From assembly GCF_009914755.1 (NCBI RefSeq), contig NC_060929.1: a DNA stretch of 64,000 nucleotides. The stretch is one strand, 5' to 3'. Source of the stretch: the human T2T-CHM13v2.0 reference genome, Homo sapiens. This document shows, one piece after another, positions 1-16,681 of the stretch (its first letter is position 1; the number at the start of each line of letters is the position of its first letter). The notes beneath the pieces were generated by a model. It did not search any database. It was not told the DNA's origin and worked only from the letters and a program-made list of their open reading frames with translations. The translations under genes and the position numbers were made by a program.

Positions 1-69
1 TCTCTCTGTGCATAATGAGTGAGATTCCTTTCTGCCTATGGATAAAAGATTTGCCGGTAACGACAGACA

Positions 70-200
70 TGCATTTATTAACACTTACTATAATAGGGCA
101 AATGCTTTACATGCTTTACCTGACTGAATCCTCACAATTATATGAGATAGGTGTTATTATTGTTCCAATTGTATAGATAAGAAACCAAGTCTTAGAGTAC
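70..200 (-). mobile_element. MIR fragment (one of several; others near 12360, 15860, 27010, 27610, 50370, 58250)
   Basis: aatcctcacaa...ataggtgttattatt...atagataagaaacc core. Confidence 0.6.
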
Positions 201-1026
201 ATTCCTCATTTTCATGCCTCTCACTGGGTTAACTCTGCAGAAATGCTCTGAGTCACTGCCCAGTGTCCCATGCCCAGGGCCAGTGAGTGCCTCTCATAGC
301 ACGACTATCTCTGATGAGTTCATACTCTCCTAGCTGCTGGCTCTTATCCCTTCTGCAGGGAAGAGAGGGACTAGCAATGCTCCATCCTTATACAGAGATG
401 GCCCAGGCACCCTCACCAGTCAATCAGGACTGGCAGAGGGCCTGAGGCCACTGCAGAGGCTGCTGCACAGTTTCCCTACTACTGGGGCCGCTCCACATGC
501 TGGTTTGCTTGTAAGAGGTCTGCTTAATTCATGTTGTGGATCAACTAGTACATGCTAGTTATTTCGGGTGTCACCTTCCCCAGGTGTCCTTTTTAGGGAG
601 TAAATTATGGGATCATCTTATTACTAGCCCCACTAGTGAGGATAGCCAGGCATCTGGATGTGTCTGGACAGGCAACGAAGTTTCTCCCACTGTGGGATAA
701 CCTGCCATCTCACTGGAGAACATTTGGGGAGGTAGCCCCCATTCCATATCTGGGCTTTCTGCCTTGCACTGTGATTTTAGTGGACTGATGCATTTCCACC
801 ATCTGAAGGCCAGGGATGCTCACTCAACGTGATGCCATTTTCAAGTTTCATCATGTGTGAGTGCAGGTGGGCAAGACTTCCATATGAAAATATATATATT
901 TTGTATTATGGTAGCTAAAACTTTCTTGATGATACTGTTACAGTAAATTCTATTGCTTTATTGCAAAACTAACTGTGGGAAAGGGATTGGTAGGTTAGAA
1001 ATTTGAACTGTGCATGTGATGTCTGA

Positions 1027-1389
<363 letters not shown>

Positions 1390-3013
1390 TAAAATGGGCT
1401 CAAACACCTTGCGCCCACTCTGGCACATCTACTTTTAAAGCTTCATTTTTCACTATTCCTTAAGATTATTTATATCTCTGTGTGGGATTTATATAATTCT
1501 GGCATTTAAACATTATTTGGGCATGCCTGATGCCTATAGAAAAGGCCCAGCAAACCCTGAAAGCCTCAATGCCCAGATCCAGCTGAAAGATACAGCTGAA
1601 AGAGACAGCCTGCAGCATCATCATCCATTGCGTCCCACTGGATTCATTGGTCACTGTCTAAGAGGGAGGGAAAGAAGCCTTGTTCCTGCCATGCTTTCCC
1701 TCTGAGGGCCAGCTGGCATCCTCAGCCTGGCTCCTGGGGCCGTCCTCTTCACTCTCTAAGCTGAAGTGACCACTCATATGGGCTGTTCCCCCTCTGAGCC
1801 TGGCCAAGGGGCTGAGAGTAACATTTGGGTGTGCAAAAGGATGACATAATGGGGTACCCCTCTCAGGTAATAAATATGTTGGTGTTTTTACAAGGGGTTT
1901 CTTGGGGACAGGATTCCTTAATTCAAGCAGGTAACTTGTAGACATGGAAATTCCCTTGGGTGCTCCTCACATTGCACCAGCAGAGACACCTCTGTGCTCC
2001 CTGCAATTCCCTAGAATATTCAGTGAGATGCTGGGTCTCCATGAAGCCAGGATTAAGCAGAAATAGTGGAGATGTTTTCCCTGAAGGCAGTTCCAAGCCT
2101 AATTGTCACACAGCAAGAAGCACTGCTCTTAGGATGACTGGGAACCTCCCTTTCAAAGTTCCCCATCCTCCTACCCTTTAGAAAACTTTGGAGATACAGC
2201 AAGGCAAAACGGAACAATGTTAGCCTTTTGATTTGCCTCTGGGGACAGCTCTTGCCAGGGCAAATTTTGGTGAAGTGGACATGGCCATTCTCAAAGAGAA
2301 CTAAACTCATTACATTGTTTTGTGTGTAATTAAGGCAAAGCTTCTTATTCATAAATTGGGCACTGTTTGTGAAGCATAATGTTAATTAAGTGCTTTTTGT
2401 TCCCTGAGAACCTTATCTTTGTTCTGTAAGAATAAGAATAATTTACTTCTTTCTAGAAGAGCAAACTGTAAAAAAAAAAAAAAAAAAAAAAAAGGCATTT
2501 CTACTTATAAAAGTAATATTACTCATTTTTTAAAATTGGAAAATATAGAAAAGCACACAAAATATCACTCAGATAAATACTGATTACAGTTTTGATCTCT
2601 ATCCTTCATTGAAAACATTTAAGTCATTTTTCCTGCTTTAGAGAATTCTATTCTGGAAGCTAAGCCATTGGTTGATGAATAGAGAGAAGCAGAGCATAAG
2701 CAACTCATTGCCAGTCCCGCTGATCACAGAGACAGAGCCAACTGCAAATGAAACCATCCTCCATCCCTGTCCTGACACTGCCCATCCCACCCATTCCCCC
2801 TCCCCTGCACCCCGCCTTGTGAGCACTTATGTCCTTGCTGCCCAGACTGAGACAAAAACAACCTCAGGGAAGCTGAGGGGTTATGATTTTCAAACGTGGG
2901 TAATCTTAATGCTCCTGGTTGTTTTTTCTTTCTGTTGTTAATTAGCTTCTCTCTCTCTTTCTCTCTCTCTTTTTCTCTCTTCTCCTCCTCCTTCCTCTCT
3001 CTTTCTCCCTAAG

Positions 3014-3036
3014 TCGTTTGAGGAAATCAATGAAAG
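3014..3036 (+). CDS. CMYA5: CMYA5 23-nt micro-exon (likely exon 5), SFEEINE(R)
   Basis: Long CT tract 2947-3010, AAG acceptor, GT at 3037; needed to join phase-0 upstream exon to phase-2 downstream exon (AG+G=Arg). Confidence 0.9.
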
Positions 3037-4039
3037 GTATATAAAACATGATACAATGTAGTGGCAAACAGCATGACTGGATGCTTGCTTTTTAATATTT
3101 TGGTGCTTTATGGAAAATGAGCTGCCAATTAAAAAATGCATTTAGTGGGCTACAGTATTTTCACTTTTAGACACAGTGCTTTTAAAAGCTAAATGACAGC
3201 TTTGAAAGAAAACTGCATGTGCTTTAGTTAAATAACAATTATCATAATGTAGATTTTTAACTGCTTCCTCAAGATGTATTCTGCATTTTCAGCCTAATCT
3301 AGGCCATCTTTCCTGTCACTGCATATAGAACATTTTGTAGATGCTTAGATGCATTGGTTAAACATGAGTATTTGAAAGAATCATTCATATCTGCCTTGAG
3401 TAATTTTATGATTTATGTAATTTTAATGAACTGTTCTATCATTTTCTCTTCAAAAGATAGTCATGCATTTATCTTCTCTTTCTGCTCAGCTAACCTAAAT
3501 GAATCTCCCTCCTTTGATTTTGTTTTGTTTTGTTGGTGTTTTTAACACTTCATCTAAGAGAATTCTTCATTCTTTCCAAAAGCAAAACACTCAACAAGAA
3601 AACATGTTGTCTATAAAAACATGTAACATCAGATTTATGTTTATCTTTCAGAGCATTTCATATTATAATTATCCAACAGATCTGACACGTTCTTCCTTTT
3701 GCCCCATAGCAAGACCTGAGGTCTTTCCTTCTGGTTTGAGCCTAATGTTTTCTCCTTTTAGTGTAATTTTAAATGTAAATTTCTAAATTGTAAATACCAT
3801 CTTCAGTTTACTTCCATCCCAATTCAAATTGTGATACAGCATAGAGTAAAATCAGAAATTTGTATCTATAATGTATTATAATATAAAAAAGGATTTAGAT
3901 TAGAAATATGATTTTTTTAGGTAATTGAAATCACACAGATGAATCCTATTTACCTAAAACAAATTCTATTCAACAGAATATTACCAGTTAGTTTTTGAAA
4001 ATAATTTGACTTATTGACATTAATCAATAAGTGTTTTAT

Positions 4040-4712
<673 letters not shown>

Positions 4713-5340
4713 TCCAGTTTCCTTTATTTTAAACAAATTATTTTTTCTAAATATTATTGACATTTCTTTTTATCCAAAAAGCACATGGATTTACAGTGCC
4801 ATTCCATCTATACTGGACAGTGTAGATGCATATTTGCTTACTTATATTTTATCCATTCATGGAAGTTACTGCTCAGTAAGAAAATTTGGTGAGTGAAAAG
4901 TTGAAAAATGCAATAGAATGTTTTTACCTTTCTAACCATCAGAATATTGCAAATATAAATTGACATCCACTTAATACTAAATACTCTTTCTTCGGTTTTG
5001 TGCTTAAATATGTTCATCTGTGTGTCATTTTAATTAATTTCTATTTCATTGTCCAGTTGACAGTGAATTAATTTTTTGCTAAAGCTGCCTGTCTCTTAAA
5101 GGAGAGTACACTTGGGCTAACCATTATTTTCCTGTAAAGAAAAAAGACAACAAAATTCTGGGATTTGGTGAAGAAAGATGAACAATTAAAGAAACCGCTG
5201 TCAAACGTTCATGTACACGTGCACACACTTGATGAAGCTGGGCGCCATCACTGAAAAGCTTTCCATGTCCTCAAGAAAACTTCTGTCTCAAAGTCTCAAT
5301 GTTATTGATGTTCCTTTCTATAAGAAGTGCTAATTATCTA

Positions 5341-6445
5341 CAGTTGGCCCTTGAACAACACGAGTTTGGACTGTGCAGGTCCACTGATATGTGGATCTTT
5401 TTCAATAAATATATTGGAAAATTTTTTTGAGATTTGTGACAGTTTGAAAAAAACTCAAAGATGAACTGCATAGCCCAGAAATGTTGAAAAATTAAGAAAA
5501 TGTTAGGTATGTCACAAGTACATAAAATATATGTAAATATTAGTCTATTTTATCATTTACTATCATAAAATATACACAAATCTATTATAAAAATTAAGAA
5601 CATCAACATTTATGCACACAAACACCACCGTCCATAGCACCATATGCAGTTGGGAGAAATGTAAACAAACATAAAGATACAGTACTAAATCATAACTGCA
5701 TAAAATTAACTGTAGTAATACTGTACTACTCAAATAATTTCTACAACTATACTGCTACCATACTACTTTAATAATTTTGTAACCACCTCCTGTTGCTGTT
5801 GTGATGAGCTCAAGTGTTGTGAATCTCTGCTTAAAAACTGTGTCACGCTAATCATCTCCCTGTGAGCAGTTAGTCTCTCCAGTAAATTGTATATTGCAGT
5901 AAAAAGTGATCTCCTAAGGTTTTTGCCTATTTTTTTTTTTTTTACCATATTCGGTGTGATACCATAAACCTTGAATAACGCCATGATACCCATAGGAAGT
6001 GGCACTAGTGATCCTGGATGTGCTCCCCAGAAACAGAGAAAAGTCATGACATTACAAGAAGAAGTTGAATTGTTTGATCTTTTCAGTAGATTGAGGTCTG
6101 TAGCCACCGTTGCCTTCCATTTCAGCATTTCAGGTGATTCATCTTGTGAAGAGATGATGTAAACTTAAGGTATTAATAAATACAGTACAGTACTGTAAGT
6201 GTATTTTCTCTTCCTTATGGTTTTCTGAGGAATTTCTCTTTTCTTTAGCTTATTTGATTTTAAGAATACAGTATATAATATGTATACAAAATATGTGTTA
6301 ATCAACTCTTGAGGTTATTGGTAAGGCTTCCAGTCAACAGCAGACTATTAGTAGCTAAGTTTTTGGGGAGTCAAACAGTACACATGGATTTTCAGTTGTA
6401 CAGAGAGTCAGTGCCCTAAACCCCATCTTGCTCAAGAGTCAGTTG
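5341..6445 (+). mobile_element. Tigger3/MER7-like internally deleted Tc1/mariner DNA transposon
   Basis: TA|CAGTTGGCCCTTGAACAA ... TTGCTCAAGAGTCAGTTG terminal inverted repeats; remnant of transposase N-terminal HTH (PQKQRKVMTLQEEVEL) at ~6020-6120. Confidence 0.8.
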
Positions 6446-8559
6446 TGGTTTATTTTACCTTGCCACTTTTTCTCCCTCCCTTCATATTACATCTCTAAAG
6501 GCAGTGCTTGTATATTAAATGCTTTTTCTCAACACTAAAAATGCTTAAATTAAGGAATGCTGTCAAGCATATTTAGACTAAACATTTACATATCTTGAAA
6601 AACACATTTGCTTAGAAAATGCTGTTTGTTGAGGGGATTCATTTTTTTTCTCCGTTTTGCTCTTTTGTGTTATAATAATGAAAGGAGTTGCAACCATTGT
6701 AAGACCTGCTTCTAAAAGGATGTCTGCCTGCCTTTTCATATGCTGATGTTAAACTGGAATAGGTTCGGTGCATAAGGGAAAACTCTAACATTTTGCTTGT
6801 GGTACCTACCATCAGAGCCTTTGTGCTACAAAATGTCCTACATTAATACACATCAGTGATGTGTATTTTTAGAGGGCTTAGTGCATGTATGGGGCACCAT
6901 TTTTGTTCATTCTGAGCCTATCATTTCCGCCCTCTCCATCCCCACAGTCTTAATTTAGGCTCGTGCTGTCTTCCCTCACTAGACCCTATGGGGTTCTCCC
7001 ACCTGACCTCAGACCTCCCTCCTCTGCTTACCCTGATCCTTCCTTAGACACTTGCCAAGACAGTCATCTAAATTTCCCTTTTATAACAATTTTGTGGCTC
7101 TCCCTGCCTTAAAAGACAAAATTGAACTCTCAGTGGGTATGAAAGGCTCTTTATAGTCAAGCCACAAACGACTTTTCTATTTCATCCCTGACTGTCTGTG
7201 TTTCCCAACTCCCACGGTGCCCTCTGGCCCTCGAATGTGCTGTACTTGGCCGCATCTCCATGCCTGGGTTCATACCCTTCTTCTATCTGCAATGCCCTTA
7301 CTTGTTCTCTCTTCTGCCTAGGAAACTCCCACTCATTAATACCCAGCCCAAATGTTACCTCCTCTTTGAAGCCCCTCTGGAACCACCTCCCCTAAATCAA
7401 ATGATAGTGAATTTTATTGTTTCTGACAGTAGTAAGTGTAGAAGTCACTCTTTAAATATTCAGTTTTATTTTATAATATTTTTCCTTCATACTGACCATA
7501 AATCCACCATCACTGAGATCCTGATATCCACACCCCCACAAAACTATTGGCCTCTTATTTATTCAAAATATGTTTATTAAATGCCCACCATGTGCCAAGT
7601 AATGCATTAGAATACAGTAGTGAACAAAATAAAGTCCTTTCCTGCATATAAACGGTATTCTGGTGAAGCAGACGGACAAAAACCGAAGAGGCTGTGATAA
7701 GTCTGGGGAAAACAAAGCCTAGTGAAGAATGGAGGGGGCAGGCAAGGCTGTATTAGTAGCGTACTCTCTGAGGAGCTGACATTTGAACAGAGATCTAAAT
7801 TAAGTCAAGGAAGGAGCTGAGCAAGTGTCTGGGAGAACAAAGTTCCAACAGCAAGTGCAGTGGGTCTGCTGGGAAAACCAAGACATCCATGGAAATGAAG
7901 CCTTTTTGTCATTGTTTGTTTAAATCCACATTTCATCTGGATACAAATACTTAGACTTAGCATCAGTTGGCATTCCAGCTAATGAGGGTGTTGAGTCCAT
8001 AAAGCTGTTGATTTAGAAATTGTGGCTTGTTTAGTCTTTTACGAATGATAGGCTTTATCCTCTCATTGCTCTTTCCCCAGTACCTAGCACAATGCCTGGG
8101 ACATAGTAAATAAACATGTTTTGAATGACAAAATGATTAGAAGCTTAATATCGAGGTTTGAGAACAAGGACATCTGCAGTGTGTAAGTTTCTAGATGTGC
8201 TCTTAGCATTTTTATCCTTTGAAGCCTCAGTGGGTATGAAAGGCTTTGGATATAAATCCTTTCCCTTTAGGAAATAAAGAAAATAATCCCTAAAATGAAG
8301 TAATTTTTAGGACCAACTTTATAGGTAAAACACTTAAGACTGTATTGCTTGATAGAATCTTTCTAACTAGAGGATATAGGAATGAAATTTCCAATATTAC
8401 CAGTTGCCTAAGAATAGATTTTAGACATATATTTCAAGACTTTAAAGCTTTAAATCCTTTTTTGGATAGAGTGAGAGGCCCTGCCTTATGCAAACCACCA
8501 CTACCAACACCAGCTTCATTTTGAACAATTTTTTTCACTTTCATTCTGTATGTTAATAA

Positions 8560-8739
<180 letters not shown>

Positions 8740-9416
8740 TAGATGAAATATGGCAGTTTTTGCTTGTTTGTTTTGTATGTAATGATATATACAAAAGATT
8801 TTGAGTGTAAAGACATGTAACTGGAAAAAGAAAAGTATTAGTTGTAAAATGTTACAGCTAGACTCTGAAATTGAGCATGGGAGGAACATCCCATTTCTGT
8901 GCATTTCCATCTGAAGCTTTATGACTTGCTTGGAGATTGAGGAGGTGGAAGGAGCCATGGAACCAAAGGGTCTCCTCTTTTTTTTTTTCTTTAATTTAAA
9001 AATAGGATTTCTCTCCCTCTCTTCTCATTTGCCTCATACCAGCAGCCAGGTATAGAAGAAAAAAGAAGTCAAATGTTTTCCTACGTGTCAAACAGATTTC
9101 TCTTTATGAGTGGTTTTCCCCTCTTCAATTCAGTTCTTTTCCCCTTTTTTCAAACTAAACAGATGAGCTTAGAGAACTATCAGCTCAGCACCATGGTCTG
9201 TAGCCAGGAGCCTCCCACTCAGCTGTCAGAAGCATCCTGCCAGCTCTTCACAATATTTTTTAATGTGCTATTTTAACAAACAGGACAATGAAACTTATTT
9301 AGATTTTTCAAAGCTGCCATGTTTCAGTGAAGTTACCAAGTTTTTCTTACTGTACAACATGCTCAGATGTCCTCCTTAAAAGATGCTGTAGTCTTCCAAA
9401 ATCACCTCAAAGATTA

Positions 9417-9553
9417 CAGCTATTCAGGAGGCTGAGGCGGGAGGATCACTTGAGCCTAAGGGTTCGAATCCAGCCTGGGCAACATAGTAAGACCCCCATG
9501 TCTAAAAACAACAACAACAACAACAAAAAACCCCAAAAAACAAAAACAAAAAA
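9417..9553 (+). mobile_element. Alu monomer (FLAM-like) with (CAA)n/A-rich tail
   Basis: GGAGGCTGAGGCGGGAGGATCACTTGAG...CAGCCTGGGCAACATAG. Confidence 0.75.
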
Positions 9554-10564
9554 GATGGCTGTTGTGTTTAAATTGATGATTAACTTTCATTCCTGTACAA
9601 AGAGTTTTAATTTAGTAACTACTAAAAAGGCTACTGTATGTCTAAAAAGACAAAAACAACACGACACCACACAACACACAAAAACCCAAAACCCCACCAG
9701 CCCTTTATAAAATTAAAAACTCAATCATTGATCTTAGTGGATTTTCTCTAGAAATGTCTCAAAGTGTTTTCTTGTAATGTCTTTAAGAGGGATTAGACTA
9801 GGACAGTGATTGCAAACTAAGAAAGTTTGATTAACAGAGCTGGTCTTTTGCTTTTAAGGGATTCATTATATGCCACTGTTCATTTAGGAGGATATGCTTT
9901 TCAATACTTAATGGGCAATGAGAGGACGTTTAATATATTTTAGAGGTCACAGAGTTAAAATGTCACAAAGTGTTAACAATTAACTCAGCAAGTGCACATG
10001 GCGGTCCCTGTGGCTGGAAGCCTTTTATGGAGAGACTGATCTCAGAGCCATAAATGTTACTTTGTGCGTCTGTTTCACAAAATTGGAGCCCAGGGTGTTG
10101 ACTTGCTGCTAAGTAGTTTTTGTGCATTTGGTGACACCTCTCAGAAGTCCTCACCTGTGACCTGAAAAGTTGATCTGATGACCCCCTACCTAAACTAAGC
10201 AGATACAATGAGAAAAGGATGTGAGTTTTCCAATGAGAAGTAGCAGCCCATACGATTTATTCCATGCTTATACGATGGCTGGCATTGTGGAAACCGTTAA
10301 GCATATCAAATCATCTAATCTCACCATAACCCAAGGAGGTAGGTTTTGTTATTCCCATTTGACAGGTGAGGAAAGGTGAGGAAAGAGAGGAACAGAAAAA
10401 TGTTCTATTTTCAAGAAAACACAGCCGGTTGGGGTGTGTTTGGCAGGGGAGTTTGGCTTCAGAGTCTGCCCCACAGCGAAAAGGCAGAGTGCTGCTGAGA
10501 AAGATGAGAGAAACAGATCATGATAAACAAACATGAATCTAGGCTTCCTTGATGCTGGCACCTG

Positions 10565-11000
10565 GGGATTTTTTTTTTAATTGTGGTAAAATACACATAA
10601 CAAAATTTACCATCTTGCCCATTTTTAATTGTACAGTTTAGTGGCATTAAGGACATTCACATTGTGGTACAACCATCACTGCCATCCTCTCCAGAACTCT
10701 TCATCTTGCAAAACAGAAGCTCTATATCCATTAAACACTAACTCTCCATATTCTCCCCTTCTCCTGGCTGTGGCAGCCGCCATTTTACTTTCTGTTTCTG
10801 TGAATTTGATTACTCTAAGTACTTCATCTAAGTGGAATCATATGGTATTTCTCTTTTTGTGACTGGTTTGTTTAACTTAGAGTAATATCCTCAAAGCTTA
10901 CCATGTTGTAACGTGAAACTTTTCCTCCTCTTATCTATTCATCCATTGGTGGATACTTGGGTTGCTTCCACTTTTTGGCTATTGTGAATAATGCTGCTCC
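10565..11000 (-). mobile_element. Old L1M (L1MB-like) 3' end fragment
   Basis: Characteristic ttgtggtaaaatacacataac...gctattgtgaataatgctgc text. Confidence 0.7.
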
Positions 11001-11169
11001 CCTGAGGACGTTCCAAAGGCCAGGTTGAGTGGAAATCTGTATCTGGTCACAGATTCCAAAGTCCAGTTTGGTTAATGCTTAACTCCCCCAGTGTGGTGGC
11101 TCTTTTTGGGCACATTTCATCAGGCAGAGGGGTGATTCTTCTACCCAATTCCTTAGCCTCTTATAATGA

Positions 11170-11505
<336 letters not shown>

Positions 11506-12828
11506 AGCATCATACTTATTCAAGTTTATTACTGTAAAAGTGTAAACAGAGTTGCTAAACTCCGGGTCTCTGATGTTGTTCTACCACATAAGAATTGTAA
11601 ATCCAGCCATTATTATTAGATTATATCTATGGAATATTCTTATTCCCTTTTCATTTTAGAATTCTTTGAAAAGTAAAAGTATTTCCTGTTTCTGAAAAAA
11701 GGTGTTTTACCTTTAATGCTTTTGGGGGAAGGAGCACATTAAAACAAAATTTCTAACCTACATACTTTGCTTCTTCCTTGAAATTAAGTGATTTTCTTGG
11801 ATCAATTAATCAGTTTTTAAGTTTGTTAATTTACCCGAGAAAGAGAGAGAAATGTGAAAGATGTTTTCATTTTTAAAAAGCAGATACAGCTCCATGTATA
11901 ATTCATAGGATAAAAGGGGGAGCATTTTCACTGTTCATGCCTCAAGTAATTCTCAAATACTGCTTCAAAGATGATCGACAATCCTTGAAACATTCTGCTT
12001 GGTCCTTTCATAGACCTGGGTAACATGAAAATTTACTGAACTACATTTTTCTGGACAGACTTATTTAGAATGTGACATCCATTTCCTGCTGGGAAGACAA
12101 GCAATAAATTCCAAGACAGTATCAGGGTCTCTGACCCGTGATCAGTTCCTGGGGAGGTGCTCTCACCAGCGGCCTCTGCCTTAGCATGCAGTTCGCTCCT
12201 CAGGTCTTACCTCTGTGGCCTCTGTGGCTTTCCAGATGATGGGTCCCTCCTTCAGCCCTCATCTTCAGGAGCTTCCTGCCTTGCCCCTCTGTTTCCTGTG
12301 CTCCTGCCAAGGCCCCTTTGCTTTCTGAATGTTAGCACTGGTTATCTGTCAGCCACTTTGCTAAGCACTCGATAGATATTATTTGCTTCCTATAATGACA
12401 CTGGGAGGTAATACTATTATTATTGTTTTCTCATTTTAAAGATGGGGAAACTGAGGCTGAGATAACAGAGGGGATGGATCTGGTGTTTAACCTTGGGCCA
12501 GCCACTCTGCATTGAAGTCCATGAACTTGACCCTTCTCCTCTTCTGCTTCTCGTTTTTCACAACTGTGTATTTTTTCAGCTCTTTATCGCTGTTGCATCT
12601 TCTCAGTTTGTCTCTTTTTGCTACATTCTTTAGACCCATTTGTGTTTTTCTCATTTGTACCTTCTTGCTGAACTGATCTTTATTTTTCTTTTCCTTTGGT
12701 GTCCACTTTTAATAAAGTAATCTCATAAAATTTGGCCCATATTATTAATATTTCAGTAAACTTATCTCTCAGGAAATTGTTGACTGGAAAAAAAAACCAT
12801 AAAAAATAAATGTAAAAACATGCTATTG

Positions 12829-13143
<315 letters not shown>

Positions 13144-13866
13144 TCAACTATGGGAATAACCTTTTCCTCTAATTTGTAAAATATGTTCAAAGATTTTATG
13201 TCATAAGTTTTGGGGGAGAATTGCATAGAAGTTTGATTTATGGCATTGCATATACCATTAATGTTTGTACGCATAATCATGAACTTTACAAGTTTCTAGG
13301 AAAACATCCAAGGATTTTGTTGTCATTAAAATTCAGAACAACGGAGTTATACTAGGTGTCTAAAATGTATGCTGAATCAGTAGGCTACTTTTTCTGTAGT
13401 TTTTATATATTTTGTTTAATTTTTAAAAAGTTAGTAATTAAAAAAATTGATAGGGCTAGCCATGTTGGAAAGAAAAAATGGGATAGTCGTTTCAGAAAGT
13501 GTATTTTGATATTTTATTTTTGCAAGTATTTTTCTGGCTTGAAGATACACCAACTATATCTTAAAAGGGTTTCATTTGCCTCTATCGTGAATATAGAATC
13601 TATATTGATACAGAATGATACAACCTTGGCTATCTAGCAAAGCATGTGTTTTGTTTTGAAGGATAAGCAAGTCAGTTGTTGCCTCCTCTAACCTACATGA
13701 GTTTATTGCTCCAACTATAGGACTGTAGAAGAGTATTCTCAAGTGATCCCATTTTGGAATACATTTTTGTTTATTTCTGTGTGTATTATATATGTGCACA
13801 TGTACAAATGCATAGAAAATATTGTGGAGGGATACACATTCAACAGTGATTGCATCTAAAGAATAC

Positions 13867-14512
<646 letters not shown>

Positions 14513-14610
14513 ATAATTGGGGTTGGGGGTTTGGGGGAACAAGAGAGCCCTTCTACTTTTATACTATGTATTTCTGTATTCTTTGAATATTTTTCAACAA
14601 GCATAAGTAA

Positions 14611-14874
<264 letters not shown>

Positions 14875-16304
14875 TGAAGTATTTAAATATACACCTGTAT
14901 TATGACTCTTCCCACAAAGCATTTATAGCCATTTACAAAACAACAACAAAACCCCAACAACCATATAATGAAATAATAACTACAGAAGCAAAATTTGGGA
15001 ATCAAGATCAGGGAAAACAAAATGGCATAAATATTATAATAGTCAACACAAATATTGTAATTGAGATTCACATTTGGCTTTGAGCTCTCAGAATAACAGG
15101 AGCAATGAAGTGGTTCTCATTTAGAGAAAGGAGGTAACATACCAGAGTTTCAAGGAAAATAAAGTTTTTAACAGTACGAAAGCCTGAAAGACAAGTGTCA
15201 CGTGTTCCACTTTTAGGGAAGAAGCCATAGAGAGGACAGTGTGCTCCACAATGACCTGAATGCAAATGAAGCATGGGATGTCATGGGTGGCAGTTTCTCA
15301 GGTCTGTCTTTGCTAAAAGCCACCAACAAGCCACAAGATTCATTCAGTGTTCACAGTTCCCAGGGCGTGGGCCTAGGTATGGTGTAGTCTTCCTGTGTCC
15401 CAAATTAATGTGTGGATAGAAATGAAAGTGCTTAGTAGGGTGAATGGATGGTATGTCTTACAGCTGAGCCTCTGTAAGTATCTCTCAGCTCAGAAGGACT
15501 TCTAATAAGCCCTGGAAGCCAGGCAGTTTGAGGTTGTGCTTCCTGATGAATCAGAGCTGGGAGTGCTGCCATTCTGTGTTGCTTGTTGAAGACAGACCCA
15601 CATACTATGGAAAACAGATGAGCATGTGGCAGGCTTGGCGTCCTAACTCAGGTGCCCAATTTGTAATCAGGAATGAATGGTAATATATTATACTATTACT
15701 AATATTTAAGTCTTTTGAAATGTCATGTGATAATTAATTTAGAAAAAAGTTTAAAAAAGCAATTATAGGCATGGTGTAAAGTTGGCTAAATCTGTCTGTA
15801 ATGTCATGACTCCTGTTTTATTGACCTATTTCCATATGCCTGTCACAGCACAACCAAGTAAGTGTTACTATCCCTATTTGCAAGTGAGAAAACTAATGTG
15901 AGGTTACATAGTTTGCTCAAGGCCTTGCAACTTGTACATGACCGGGGGCAGGAGTCAAACACACATCTTTCAGGCTCCAAAGTTTATTCTTTTGTTTGTT
16001 TGTCTCTGTGTGTGTTTTGTTACACCATACTTCATCTCCATCTATTTCTAGCTCTATTTCATGGCTCTCTGAGACCCTTCTTATCAAATAGTTGTTGCTT
16101 GGCCTGCTTTTTTTTTTTTTTACTGGGTTTCACCCCCACCCCAAACACTTCCCTATCCTGTGTCTCATTGTTTCTGTGCCCTGAACTGTGTTAATAACAG
16201 TTAGCTAATCTGATAATCTAGTCTGTGATACCATGTCATGTTTAGTAGGGTCTCTAGTCACATATGTTATGTACACTGTTAAAGGGAGTGCCAGGGTAAT
16301 AGGA

Positions 16305-16681
16305 TGTATTAGTTCATTCTCACACTGCTATAAAGACATACCTGAGACTGGGTAATTTATGAAGAAGAGGTTTAACTGGCTCACAGTTCCACAAGGTGTA
16401 CAGGAAGCATGGCAGAGGAGGCCTTAGGAGACAGAATCATGGCAGAAGGTGAAGGGGAAGCAAGCACATCTTCCCATGGCTGGCAGGGAAGAGAGAGAGA
16501 GTAAAGCAGGAAGTGCTACACACTTTCAAACAACCAGATCTCTTGAGAACTCATTTATGAGAACAGCAAGGGAGAAGTCCACCCCCATGATTCAATCACC
16601 TCCCACCAGGCTCTTCCTCCAACACTGGGAATTACAATTCAACATGAGATCTGGGTGGGGACACAGAACCAAACCATATCA
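16305..16681 (-). mobile_element. MaLR solo LTR (MSTA/THE1D-like)
   Basis: TGTATTAG...CCATATCA termini, 377 bp, perfect 5-bp TSD TAGGA at 16300-16304 and 16682-16686. Confidence 0.88.

Noticed and set aside
5971-6162. Domesticated Tigger transposase gene
   Set aside because: Only a short decayed N-terminal remnant in an internally deleted element; no DDE domain
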